Shown: positions 12,861-25,968, numbered from the whole stretch's first letter. The stretch: DNA of 63,739 nucleotides, filler included, from Platydemus manokwari (GCA_037951405.1; 5 parts of 5 records of this genome joined end to end with filler, not necessarily neighbours in it); one strand, 5' to 3'. The notes: generated from the letters alone by a model not told the origin. Program-made: numbers and translations.

Positions 12861-14009
12861 GCTGAGATTTTTTCTTTTCTAATTGTTTTTTTCCTTTTGA
12901 ACAACGAGTTTTCCATTTTCTATCATTTGTTCTAACATTGATTGAGCTAATTTTCTTCATTATTGATTTGATTAATTTCATTTTCATATCAATTTGGTAT
13001 TAATTCAATTCGGTTATTTTATTATTCATTTACTTTATTGTTGTTTACAGTGTTTTTAACATTTTACCGGTCGTTTTCTCTTCATTTTTTATATTCATAA
13101 CTTCCTTAGTCGTTTCTTTGTCAGTTATCTTATTGCTTATTCTGTTTATTTCTTTTCTGTATATAGTCATGCAATGCTCTAATGATTTTATATGGGACTT
13201 TTCATATGTATGTACGGATTTGGCCTTACCACTATGTGCTTGTAGATACCGTTTAATTTTCGCCTGTACTTCTTCTTTTGATTAAATTCTTTCATGGCCT
13301 GTGCATACATTTGTATTTTTTGAGGCTGATATTTCTTCAATAAGTGCTTGTGCTCTATATTTCATTCTTCATTTTACTTTTTCTTCCAAACCAGCATCTT
13401 TCGGTGGTATACCTTTTTCATTTGATATTATAAGGTAATCATTTATTATGATCTTAATTTTGATTTTACTTTTAATTCCTAGTAGCCTTCATCTAGGGGT
13501 CTTAGTAGGTGTTCTTCTTTAAATCCAGTTTCTTTTTACAACTTATCGTCTCTTTTCTCTTGTTCCTCATCTATGTCTTGTATTTGTTCTGCTTGTTATT
13601 TAATTTCTCCATTGGTATCATAGTTTAAGGCTATTAGTTAAAAAGACAATAATAGTAAAATCAAGAAGGTGCAAATAAATAAGAACTGGTGTCCTAAAGT
13701 TAAATAAATTTGAAAATCAATTAATCAAGAAATTGATGAATCGAAAAAAGTTCATAAATTTGATAAATTAAATTCTGCATTGATCGTTGATAAACTTGAT
13801 ATTAATTCCAAAAAGGTGTTGAGAAGAATTTTGGATTAATTAGATAGGAAAATGCGCAGCTCAAATAAAAGTAATTTATTAGAAAGATTGAATGAGTAGG
13901 CAAACAAAAAAGTAATAGTGCGATTAAATGCACTAATGAAATTGAATATACTAGCACCGATAATGGAATAGGAAATAGTTCCACTAAGGAAAATTACGCT
14001 AATAGTTTT

Positions 14010-14111
14010 GAAGTAGAAGAAGACGAAGAAGAATTAGAAGAAGACGAAGAAGAAGTAGAAGAAGACGAAGAAGAAGTAGAAGAAGACGAAGAAGAAGTAG
14101 AAGAAGACGAA
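14010..14111 (+). repeat. 21-nt tandem repeat (GAAGTAGAAGAAGACGAAGAA)n encoding poly-acidic EVEEDEE, running into an assembly gap
   Basis: About 5 copies are directly visible and truncated by Ns at 14112. Confidence 0.9.
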
Positions 14112-14211
14112 NNNNNNNNNNNNNNNNNNNNNNNNNNNNNNNNNNNNNNNNNNNNTTAATTAATTAANNNNNNNNNNNNNNNNNNNNNNNNNNNNNNNNN
14201 NNNNNNNNNNN
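14112..14211. other. Artificial scaffold gap with six-frame-stop linker (also 24666-24765, 39909-40008, 54731-54830)
   Basis: An identical N44-TTAATTAATTAA-N44 structure occurs four times. Confidence 0.97.
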
Positions 14212-15228
14212 AGAACTCTAATTTTTATAAATTCTAGTATACCTCATAGACTAATATCACAGACCTCTTAAATTACACATTTTGCAATTGATCAATTTTA
14301 TCAACATTTAGAGTAGTATTATATACCGGTTTTTTGGTGTCACTTGCCACCTGAATGCCGATACGAATGTAGTGAACTTACCACGCAAATTCGAAATCAT
14401 GGATGACCACCGATAATAATATGACATATTAATTTAGTTATGTCATTATTTTCTCTCTGTTCATTAAGAAAGAAAATTTTAGCTGGTCTCATAGTTTTAG
14501 GAGGAATGATAATATTATTATTTAAAAAGAAATCTTCAGGATTAATATAAATGTTAAAAAATTATAAATAAAGTTAGGAATAGAAGTTAAATATTTATAT
14601 ATAGTTTTGTAATCTATTACTTCTAAATTCTTATTTTTATAGAATTAAAAAAAGAGTTTCATCAAGATTATCAAATAACGAAAGCTAAAGGGATTTATCC
14701 ATATAATTATATAAACTCATATGAAATTTTAAATCAAACAGAATTACCATCAATTGAAAGCTTTTATTCGAGGAAAACATTAGAAGGAATTACAAACGAA
14801 GAATATATGAGAGCAAAACGTAAAAAATTTATGGGATTATACAATCTTGTATTTAAAACAAGATATAAATGGAATAATTTTGGAATGGAATAATATTTTT
14901 AATTCTACTACTTTTCGCTTTATGTTTATTAGACTTTTCATGAGCTTTAAAAGCTTGAATTGTCTTAAAACTTTAATTACAAATTCGGCATTGGTGGCTC
15001 ATTTTTTAAGCTTTATTTTTTAATTAGAACTCTAATTTTTATAAATTCTAGTATACCTCATAGACTAATATCACAGACCTCTTAAATTACACATTTTGCA
15101 ATCGATCAATTTTATCAACATTTAGAGTAGTATTATATACCGGTTTTTTGGTGTCACTTGCCACCTGAATCCCGATACGAATGTAGTGAACTTACCACGT
15201 AAATTCGAAATCATGGATGACCACCGAT
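14212..15228. repeat. About 200-bp direct repeat (14212-14414 and 15026-15228)
   Basis: agaactctaatttttataaattctagtatacc...ggatgaccaccgat occurs twice, with three substitutions seen by eye. Confidence 0.9.
14642..14830 (+). pseudogene. Protein-primed DNA polymerase B fragment (Polinton/Maverick-like)
   Basis: ELKKEFHQDYQITKAKGIYPYNYINSYEILNQTELPSIESFYSRKTLEGITNEEYMRAK matches the KG.YPY.Y...LP...FYS.L...I..E.Y motif of pPolB. Confidence 0.75.
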
Positions 15229-16112
15229 TTGTTTAATTTTTTCTGCTGCATTTCGATGATGAACTGAGATAATACAAAAATATTTTATCTACTTCTTGAT
15301 AACGCTCTTAGTCATAGATTGAAGAAATGTTTTTAGAACATTGAAGTTATAATGCTTCCGAAGAACAAAACTGCTCATCTTCAACCCATGGATGCAGGTG
15401 TAATAAAAAATTTAAATCATTATTGCAGAAAAAAGTTAGTAGTTGATTACATGAACTCGCTTGATCAAACAAAAGTCTTGATTATTAAACTTAAGAAAGC
15501 CATATTGATACTCCATGAAGTTTGGGAAGATGTAAAAGAAGAAAACACCAAAAATTTTTTCAAATAAGTTATTTTAGGTACTCACGGATCTTATGCTGAA
15601 AAAAGCTTGCCATCAGTTCCCGTTCTTGGGACACATAAGAATGAGCTTGACCAAATAATGGTTGAAGAGGATATGATCCAAACAGAAGAAGTCATTGATG
15701 ATTATGAAATCATCTGCATTGTGTAAAGAAGGATACACTTTTGAAGATGTTATACTTTGTGCTGAACATCGTCAAATCTATGACACTTACAACTTAAGTC
15801 CAAGCAATTTGTTCCATGCAATTGAAATTGTCATCTAAGCAAGTTGTTCTTCAAACAGTTTTACTAAAAAAAATAACCAATAAAAATTTAAAAGAAGTCA
15901 AAGTCTATTTACAAAAATTTATTCAAAAGTAAATTCTACAGAAAACTTTTGATGATTTTTTAAATAAATAATTTTCTTCTTCTTAATAACTTCATCATTA
16001 ATATGGTGATCATATAGATTTTATTAATTATTTATATTATTCATTATTTGAATTAATTCACAATGTAAAAGGAAACGACTTCTAATATTTCGGATTAAAA
16101 GGGTTGACAGTA
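15229..16112 (+). mobile_element. pogo/Tigger-family (DDE_1) transposase remnant with 3' TIR
   Basis: LLLDNALSH...IMLPKNKTAHLQPMDAGVIKNL..YCRKKLV...AILILHEVWEDV (ORF 15352-15567). TIR-like CGGATTAAAAGGGTTGACAG followed by TA at 16091-16112. Confidence 0.85.
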
Positions 16113-19100
16113 TACTAATATATTTTGTGTAACGTGAGATAGACATTTTCGTATTTTGGTTATTTCTTAATCACTTTTAACTTCTTAATAATTTCTATCA
16201 TCAATGAATTTCTTAATTACCAGCAATATAAACATTTTCTTCGTCAATGTCGTTTTGACAATTTTCTCAGACAATGGATATTTTTAACTCATCGCTTCGC
16301 CGTTGAGATGAGTCTTTTCATGCTGTTTGTCTTGTCTCACTCATATTTTTTGGGAATAAATTATGTTATCTAAATATTCCTGCATAGATAACTGTTCATT
16401 AAATGTTACAAAAAATAATGACTTTGCACCGTAGAACCCTTATTTTATCATTTAAGCATTTACTTGCAAACACAATCAAACATGCATGTCAATGTACAAA
16501 TGGTTTAAATGGAAAATTATAATTCGAAACAGTAACATAGTCACTTAACAACATACACATAGGGATTGACAATTCCCGATTATACAAGATTCAATAAGTC
16601 ATATAGAAACTTGAGAAATTAAAGATCAAATTAAAATGTGATACAAGCGTGAGAAAAAATTACACACAAATATCAAGTATAAATATCTATGTAAAGATGT
16701 CCAACGACCGGTTGGAAATCAAGATTTAGATTGTAATTTTGTGGAATTTTAGAGGCACTTTTATTACGAAAATACAGATTGCAAACTTCGAATCTTTATA
16801 ACGTCAACACAACATAATTTAATATTTTCCGCCGCAGTTTCAAGGATTTTTTATGAAATTATTTTAAAAGATAAAAGATAAGCTGAATATGTGCATGATT
16901 CACGGATAAAATATTAATAAAATCTTAACTAAAATCGAAACCATCAAAATAGTAAACATTATAATATCCATAGGTTTTATTTGTAATTTAGAAAAAACAG
17001 TAAATTATAATAATTATCATGAGTGATTAGAAATACATAAAGTTAATTTCCAAAAAATTCAATGCCAAAAAGAATGGTTTTAATAATACAGTTGAAGATC
17101 ACAAGTTCATTTTTAATAAATAAATTTTCTTTTTATTTGAATATTAGAATACTATAATGATATGTTTTAATATTTACCTGCAATCTTGCAGATTTGCTCC
17201 TTTTTCTTCAAAACAGTCTGCAAACTAGTTGATTAGCAAATTCTCTGCTATTTAACATGTCATTGCAGTACCTCGATTTTTGTTGCCTTTTATTGGAGTG
17301 CACTAAATAATGATCAAATTTAATTTATGAATTGATATTTCGGATGCATCTAACTGGTTACTGGCATATGTATTCATCGTGTCTAAGTATATCGACCCCT
17401 TTAATTGTTATTTTTAGGTGTTTGGCTTGTTTATGTCACACAATTAATAATGTCCTTACCGAATCTTCAATCATGACATCATTATTACAATTATTATAAT
17501 TCTTCATAAAAAAATAAATCACTCTAAATATTTATTAAATAATACGAGATACATAATTGAATACACTTATTTTATTCACTAAATCACATATTGTTTAAAT
17601 AAAAATTAATCACTACATTAAATTGCAGATAAAAAAAATCTAAATACAAAAATAAATGTAAATGTCATTCGAACTGAGCCGGTTAACACAATGATTATAA
17701 TTATTCGATTTATATATTATTAAAATTATTGCCATTATTTTTATTTTATTCCACTTTACATTACCTCATATTTGGAAATGTATATTGATACAAAAATAAA
17801 AGCTAATAATGTGAGTGCCGAATAAAAATATGTCCAAATTTTGGAATTGTCATCAACTAAAATCAGTGAGTATTAATGATATTATTTACAATTTATATGT
17901 AATTACCAATTATTACATAACATCTAGATTTATTCATATAAGGCCTATCACCACAAATGACACAGAACTTTTTATCAACTAATGTTCTGTCATCATTGAT
18001 GATTATGACTAAATTGGTCAAGAGCGAGTAAGCTTCTCTAGAAATTCCAACGACTCTAAATATTATTTTGGAAAATTTCGCAAATTCCGGTGTGAATCGG
18101 CACATTATTTGATGAGGCTCCAAAATTCGTATTTCACGTTCCAAAGGTGTAATCGTAACATTGATTTTTCCTTCTATAGTTATCAAATAGAATGAATATA
18201 AATTCACTAAATTTTTGTAGATCATTATACTAAAATTCTATTTTTATTTTGACAAACTTAGGATATATTATATGGTGAGCACATTTATAAATATATTCAA
18301 TTGATTTTGAAATGAAATTTCAATTATATAGAAGGATAATAGAAACATAAAGATTCATTCTATTGATCTATATATATGCCAATGTGATGAACCTTTTTAT
18401 TAAACATGATTGAAAATTATTTTTAAATAACTTTAAAATAATCATTGAGATAGATAAATGAAAATGTTATTACGATAATTTAATTACCAAAAGGTTTGTA
18501 GCATTTTGTTCCATTTGTTGGAATATATTCGTGACCACAAACAACACAAATTATATCTCGAGTCTTTCTTTCAGGACCACCAATAGAAATTTCCCTATAA
18601 GAAATATTTCTATAATCCGTTGAATTAATTCTGATAAATCGTATATTTCGCAAATGAAATACCAATTCTACTGGATATATTTCACATACAATTTCCATCG
18701 CTTCTTCTAAGACATAGGAATCAATATTAGGAGTGATTAAAAATATAATTTTTGCGGCTAATGTAATAAACATTATTACGAAATTAAAATAAATGAACCA
18801 ACAAACCATATATAATCAAACGAATATCTTGGCTCATCTTGATTGTTGGTATTGTGCAACGAATGAGATAGGTTCCATTGGAAATATTTTTGCTCAATTG
18901 TATGCCATCAGTCACAAATTTGATATTATTATAGCCTGGAGAAAAACATTTAGCTTGATAAATACGTCCAAGTTTGTTAGGGTCAGTGAAATACAATTTA
19001 ACAGTCATATTACTATCGGCAAAATAGATATTTTGTTTTGGATGAATTTCAAGTACAAAGTGAACTAATTATAGCAATTATTTTTATAATCTTAAATTAA

Positions 19101-19879
19101 ATAAAATTAACGTTTAAAATGATAACAACTTGTCACATTCACCCCATATGTACTCGTGCAAGTAAAGCACACACATCTCTCGCTGTAGATAAGACTATTC
19201 GTTAAAAATATCAACTTGCGACTAAAAGCATCGTAAGTTGTGTCTTTGGTATAAAAGTGCAAGGACTCCTTTGGTAAATAATCGGGATATATTGCGCAAA
19301 ATAATATCATAAATTCTTCCATCATAAAGATTTCAGCCTTTGGCCAAATATTCAATTTGATTTGGCCTTCTAAATTTTCAATATTTTTACTTAATTTAAA
19401 TTATATTATCTATAGTATCATATATTGTTGATAATAACATCAAATATTACTGTAGACGAATAAAGTCAATTCCTGAAAACTACTTGAATGCTCTATGTAG
19501 CAATGAAATGTATAATTCCCAGTTATAAGATTGTTAGGAAATGTAATGTTGCCTTTATTTATTATTGGTTGGATTTTTACATTATCCTTGTTAAAAAATA
19601 TACACATGCTTTGAATACTGACATTGTATTTTGGATGAGTATAATATGTTACCAAAACTTCATTTTCATAATCGATACAGTAAAATTGATATTTGGGAGT
19701 ATAATGAAAAGATATGTTTGCTAAACAATTATCAATTATGAATATATTTTCATTTATTTCTAATATATTTAAAATATTTTCGCTTCAATTCAAATATAGT
19801 AATTAACTTAATCAGATACCAAGTTATGAAGTTCAGGTTTAATTATTTTTCTTGAAGAAACTTATAGGTTATAATACTG

Positions 19880-21300
19880 ATATCGGTTGTTATAAGGAAA
19901 TAGTAGAATGTTATTAATATTTATAAATTCAAAAGTTATACAAATACATATATAAATTTGTAACTTGAAATTTTCGATAAAAACATTTCCGCTGATAATT
20001 GCATTTATCATCATGTTCAGTTCTTCATATTTATCCAATTCTAAAAACTTGCCTTGTTCCACTAAACATAAAACTTTAGTTTTCGTTACAGAATACATTG
20101 CTTCTTTCACAGTCCACCTTTATATTACGTCTTTGTTGTGGGTTTTGATGATTTATAGAACATTGCTCACAACACGAAAATTGTGATATTGCACCTGCGT
20201 TGATGTGTTCTTTGCCTTTACCATATTCTATTTCCATTTCAATTATTTCCAGCTCTACTTTCCATATACAATATTGTGATGTATTTGGAGAATCCTAATT
20301 CAATATTCATTTCAGAGCTACGAGATCAATTCTGACAATAAATTCCTTACTATATAGGTAATGCTTAAATCAATTAAAAAACACATAGAAAACTAGCAAT
20401 TATTTTCTTGTTAAACAATATTTTTGCTGCTCTTTTGTCAATATTCTTGATGCATACGTTATCACTCGTTCTTCACCGTTTTGTATTTGAGAAAGCACGG
20501 TTTCTACGATACCGAAAGTTGCATCAATATCCAAAACATATTTCCCTTATTTGCATGGTAAACTTGATGGTGAAATTCATGATGTTTTCAATTTCTGAAA
20601 CGATGTGGTTGCGTAAATCATTCTGCTCAAATTTATTCTCTTTCTTCAGTGATTAGTATAGTGCTTGTGTAATACCAGCAAAATCATTTATAAAATCATT
20701 TATAATGACCACATAATCCTGTAGTTCCTTGATATATTGAGGTTTTAACCAATTTTTAATTTCCCCAAGCATGTCTTCATCTGTTCGTATGTCGTTTTTG
20801 TAAATCACATGTTGATTGTCTCGAATACTCTACATATTTCATTACACGAAGAATCTAATTCTTCTAGCTTTTAATATCTTCCTTTATATCTCAATTATAA
20901 CTATTTTTATATCTCCATTATATCAACTTTTATATCTTTTTCTAATATCTTCTACAACTTCTATATATTTTCCTTAAATCTCCTTTTTTAGTTCTTAATA
21001 GCTTACTCCTTTTTAACCACAATATTCAGTCTTTGATCGTTTCAGAATCGAATCCTGATGCGTGGTCGCCACGTGAGCCGTACTTTTATTTAAAACCATA
21101 CATTAAAAATGAATTAAAAAGTCAAGACATCATAAATCTATTTATTTACAAATATTTAAACAAATTATTTAACTTTATATAAATATAATTTATATTAAAT
21201 TAGAATTAAATTAAAATTAAATTAGAATCAAAATTTTAATTCATATAAAATTTAATTTATAAAAAATTTAATTCAGATAAAATTATAGTTATTTGAAGTA
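19880..21300 (-). mobile_element. Ty3/Gypsy remnant with LTR end, PBS, gag-like region and RNase H C-terminus
   Basis: PBS-like TGGCGACCACG at 21071-21061 follows an AATAAA-containing LTR-like end. KMEIEYGKGKEHINAGAISQ (about 20190-20245) resembles the RNase H end FEIEYRKGKEN..ADALSR. Confidence 0.65.
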
Positions 21301-21329
21301 TCACACAGTGTTCATTGACTGTTTTTCCA

Positions 21330-23150
21330 AATGTCTAAATATCATCAAGATAAATTACACAGTTTGTCCAATTTCCAGACTTCTATACGACAGTCACAAG
21401 TTTCTGAAAAGTCGTAGGCATTCAACATAATTAAATTAAACTGAAATGCTGTTTTTTCTTTTGCTTCTTCCTCTAATTCAACTTGATGATATCCATTCAC
21501 CAAAAATATTGTTGAAAAATATTTTGCACATTGTACGGCATCGAATATTTTGTCGAGAATATGTATAGGGAAAATTGGTATGGATGTATCTTCTTTTAGT
21601 TTCCTAAAATTTAATTTCATCCTAATCGTTAGATTCTTTTTAAAATTTCCCGATGAATTATTTGGACTGATAACGTTTGATTTCAACATTCCCCCTATTA
21701 GGTGTTTAATTTCTTCTTCTAATCCTATTGTAAGTTTAAGGTGTTTGACAGCTATTGGTTGATAAGTGTTTGTTTTTCTAAGACTGGACCTGTACTAAAA
21801 CTATTTCTGTATTTTGATAGAATACTTATAAAATTATTCTTATCCTCCGGATTCAGTATATCATCTAATTTCTGTTCATTATTTTTAATATTTTATTTCA
21901 TTTTCTTTTTCTTTTTTCGGAACATAAATTATTTAACTCAACTGAATTCTTATTTCCGTCCTTAATTAATATATCCCTTCTACTTTCCCATCCTTATTCA
22001 TATAACGTATTCCAATAAAACGTTCTAGGAATAGTTATGGCACTACATGAAAATAATTCTGTTGCACAAATTACAGTTTGTAAATAATTCTGTTCTGAAG
22101 ACTTTATTATTTTCACATCTAATCCTGTTAGGAGTTCTCCATTTTTGATTGAATAATCCTTTAGCATTAGTACATTGACTAATTCTTAGCTTATGTATCT
22201 CCAATTTCTCATTTTCAACTTTACAATCGACTATTGGTCTGTTTTATGCCTTTTCTAGTATTCGTTTCTTTATTACCATATCTGTTTTTGCAAAAATTCT
22301 GGTTAGTTTAGCTACTTCCTCATTAACAAACTGTACATAATGGCCCTCTATCGAATTCAATTGAATGTGCCCAGACTTTCTTGGCTTAACTTGTTAGATA
22401 TACTACAATTTTTTTCAGAATGAGTATCTAAGATCGAGATATTGTCCTCTTATAATGTGATGCTTTTTTCAAATATTTGACATCATTGACGTTTGTACGA
22501 CAAAATCTTTGTATATGGGAATCACCACATCGAAAACATTCAATTGAATTACTAAAGCGAGAAAATTGTTCTTTTTGTTTACACTTGAAACAAGTTACAT
22601 CCTTCATTGATTTCTCTTTTCGAAGAGTTTTGGCGCTCTTTTAATTTGGCAATGTATTGCTTGAGCCTTAAATCATCAGCCTTTAATCTCCAAATGATAT
22701 CCATTTCGTCTGATTTTACGTGTTTCAGATCCCAAGGCATATTCAAACATTTAAATTTTGGCTGTGATAAATCTGTTTCTTTCTTGATAAGTCTTACGGC
22801 TTCATCTAAATTCTTGGAGTTCCATTGCTTCAGCCCAAATTTATAGTCCTTATTAAGCTCTTCAATGAATATCTTCTTGGAAACCTGTTCCTTATTTTCA
22901 ATATTAATTCCAGTCACGGAAATTTCAACTATTTTTGAAAAGTCTTTGATAGACTCCGACTCGTAATTATAGATAACTCCCCTGTGCAACTTAAATCGGT
23001 TTTTACTTCTGACTTTACACCAAGATGTACATAATTTAATATAAATTTTCTTCTCTTCTTCAAATTTTTCTGCATTTGCATTGATTCTGCATATTCGTCA
23101 ACTGTTGAAAGAAATTCTTACACAATTTCACCATTAAAAAAGGTAGTTTC
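21330..23150 (-). mobile_element. Ty3/Gypsy remnant (gag, protease, RT N-terminal part)
   Basis: RT reads FPIHILDKIFDAVQCAKYFSTIFLVNGYHQVELEEEAKEKTAF (ORF 21345-21689). Protease-like RPIVDCKVEN lies near 22230, and ORF 22579-22989 is gag-like. Confidence 0.85.
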
Positions 23151-24807
23151 TTGAAAATTAATCAAACTATTTCTAAATCTACTCGTGACGCATATTGATA
23201 AAGAAATAGTAGACTAGTATTAAATTTTATTAATTCAAAGGTTATACAAACATAAAAGTATTTAAACAAATACGCATATAAATAACCTATTTTATATATT
23301 TTATCAATAAAATTAAAAATAATAAAAATATTGATAAATAAAAAATAAAACAATACGAACCAGTCAGATTGTAACACCTACTGATATTCATAATAATTGG
23401 ATAAGAGCAATGAAAACAAATTTTCCTATATATTAAATAAGTCAATTCTTTGATGAGAATTCCAAAATCGCTGATTTCATATTCCGAACTATTTATTCCA
23501 GTTATTATCAAATTGATGTTTGAAAATTCTACGAATATTGGCTTGTAAACACATTTAATGAAAGGATAGTACAAGTAATAAATATGCTCTTCATTGGGTG
23601 ATACTGAGGCCGTGAGTTCATCATCTAAACATAAAATTAGTAAAGTCAACCTTGTTTTATGTTTTAATCAGTTTGACAGAATATTGATAACATCGGTCGA
23701 CATATCTCATCAAATTTTTACAAAAACATTAAAATTATTCATTCACAGATGAATATTCATTTTATCGTTGTTAGTTGTTATTATGTAGCTATTACATATT
23801 GGAAAGTATATTATTACAGATTTATTTATAATTTAATAGGTAAGATAATATTAATTTGACCCATTGTAAATTTATTTATTAAAAAAATAATAAAAAAATA
23901 TTAAATACGTCATGAAAAATACATTGCATATGTAAAAATAAGGTAAAAAACAAATACAAAGTTAAATATTGTATTTTGTTATAGTTACACCAAACAATAA
24001 AATTAATTTATCAAAAAAGAAAATAAAATCATTAAAAATATTATTATAAATATTATTAATACTATTTTTTAATTTAAATATTATTTATTCAAAATTTATT
24101 GATAGCATATTAAATTTAATATTATTTATTTATTTATTTATTCAAAAAATCTTAACATTTTTATAAACATTTGATACGTTGGAACTTTGTTCTAATGTAC
24201 TTGGACGTCTGCAACGAAGCATGGTAATAAAAGCAGGGTAATTTGCAATATATACAAAAGTTTTCAGATTTTTCGTATAGAACCGTATTATTTTTAGATG
24301 TTCGATCAGAGATCTTTCATTTTAGTTGGCTCATTTTTTAATATAATTTTTATATTTTTTATGAATAAAAATTAGACTATTATCAGGACTTTCTAATAAC
24401 TACATTTAAAATAGATAAATTATATCCTTTATTTATCATTAAATAAAATTATAATATGTGATTACTTTTTACAAATGAAGTTATGTATTTAAAGTTTTTA
24501 GCGAATATTTAATAAGTAAATTCAAAGGACTTATGATGACCACATCTTAGACACTATATCATTTAACAGTATAATTAGTATTTGTGTGAAAATAAATTTG
24601 ATTAAGAGTAACCACTTTTAGCAAAAATTTAGCAAATAAGAAAATCTTATTATTGAAAAAGCAAANNNNNNNNNNNNNNNNNNNNNNNNNNNNNNNNNNN
24701 NNNNNNNNNTTAATTAATTAANNNNNNNNNNNNNNNNNNNNNNNNNNNNNNNNNNNNNNNNNNNNTTATGTTTAAATGATTTGGTAAAACAAAAACTTTA
24801 AACAACT

Positions 24808-24838
24808 AAAAAACATGAATAACTTTTGACTCAGCCTA
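24808..24838 (-). repeat. Tc1/mariner-like terminal inverted repeat copy; inverted partner at 54661-54690
   Basis: aaaaacatgaataacttttgactcagcct is the near-exact reverse complement of aggttgagtcaaaagttattcatgttttt at 54662. Both copies sit beside assembly gaps. Confidence 0.5.
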
Positions 24839-25968
24839 ATATTATTGATGGTTACTAATTTGGTGGTTTTCAATTATTTGACCTATTTATTGAGATTTTA
24901 AGCATATTTCGAACTTATTAAATATCAATATTAAACATATACAAATGCATGCTTCATATTTCACTATTATTATTCGTATTTTGAATCGTTTTTGCCAAAT
25001 AAGTGATCAGGGGAAATTGAAACACAAACTTACTTCTGTTGAACCCGAATTATCCTACCCCAGGCTATATTTGATTCAATGTACTATTGTTCATGATATT
25101 TTATTTAATTAAATTTTCTGTGCCAATCTTTGAATGATTTAACTTGTCAAGTTAATAATCCAGTTTCATGTGTATAATTATCATCTCATTTAAAATTCAC
25201 CATTGATAATTGTTGTATTTGACAAACGAATTAATTTATCATAATTCGACATAAATTAAAAAATTACAAGCAGTAAAAAAACTGAAATAATGAATTCAAT
25301 CCGTAATTGATCAACATTTGGTACTAATTATTTGTGCTATAAATTTTAACTAATTATAATTCGAATTTATTATTAATTTGTTATTTTATCACACCTTATC
25401 TTCAGAATAAATGAAATGTTTTGTAAAAATTCATCGTTACTATTATCAAATAATTCATTTAAATCAATAGTTAACAATAGGTACCTCACTGAAATTTGTT
25501 AGAATTCATTGAAGTTTTCAAAATATTTTAAACAAAGTAAAACATTTCTCATAGAGATTTAATTACTGTAAGCATGTCTTAATAAGGAATACAAATAGAT
25601 GAAAATATTTCATAAATTTTCGAATAATTCGTTAAAATTTCAATCCTTTAAAACGCATTTAAAAATTATTTAAATTTTGCTCACAATTTTTACAATCACA
25701 AACATCACAGTGGATATTATTTCAATGAAATCCATTCTTGTAAATTATAACTAAAATTGCCATAGTTTTCAAGCCGACATTTAAAAGTGCAACCTAATAT
25801 ACGCAACGGAGTGAGACATCCAATACAGCAAATCATTACACAAAGCCCGGCTGTTTAAACATCAAAACAAAGAAAGTAATTTATTAAGAATAGAAACATC
25901 GATTCCGTATTGTGGAAGATAAAAATTGTAAAAAATCGATGTAAGATTAAGATTATCAATATCAAGTT

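Larger units (their letters stand above)
17765..23800 (-). pseudogene. Tandem Ig-like-domain type-I membrane protein (one domain per phase-1 exon), damaged and interrupted by Gypsy remnants
   Basis: Exons with AG/GT ends, all phase 1: 23361-23624, 19451-19720, 19112-19369, 18807-19064, 18488-18757 and 17907-18173. A TM exon at 17765-17856 reads DDNSKIWTYFYSALTLLAFIFVSIYISKYE. Domains begin with I/V-x-P and alternate a C...CxxC...CY type with a C...Y-x-x-x-C type. Stop-containing copies lie at about 18230-18420 and 23690-23820. The Ig fold is inferred. Confidence 0.6.

Noticed and set aside
14010-14111. CRISPR-like or other prokaryotic repeat array
   Set aside because: Simple tandem repeat without spacers, in a spliceosomal-intron eukaryotic context.
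14156-14167. Palindromic TTAATTAATTAA repeated four times within N-runs
   Set aside because: Artificial six-frame-stop scaffold linker, not biology. It also means adjacency across the gaps is not guaranteed.
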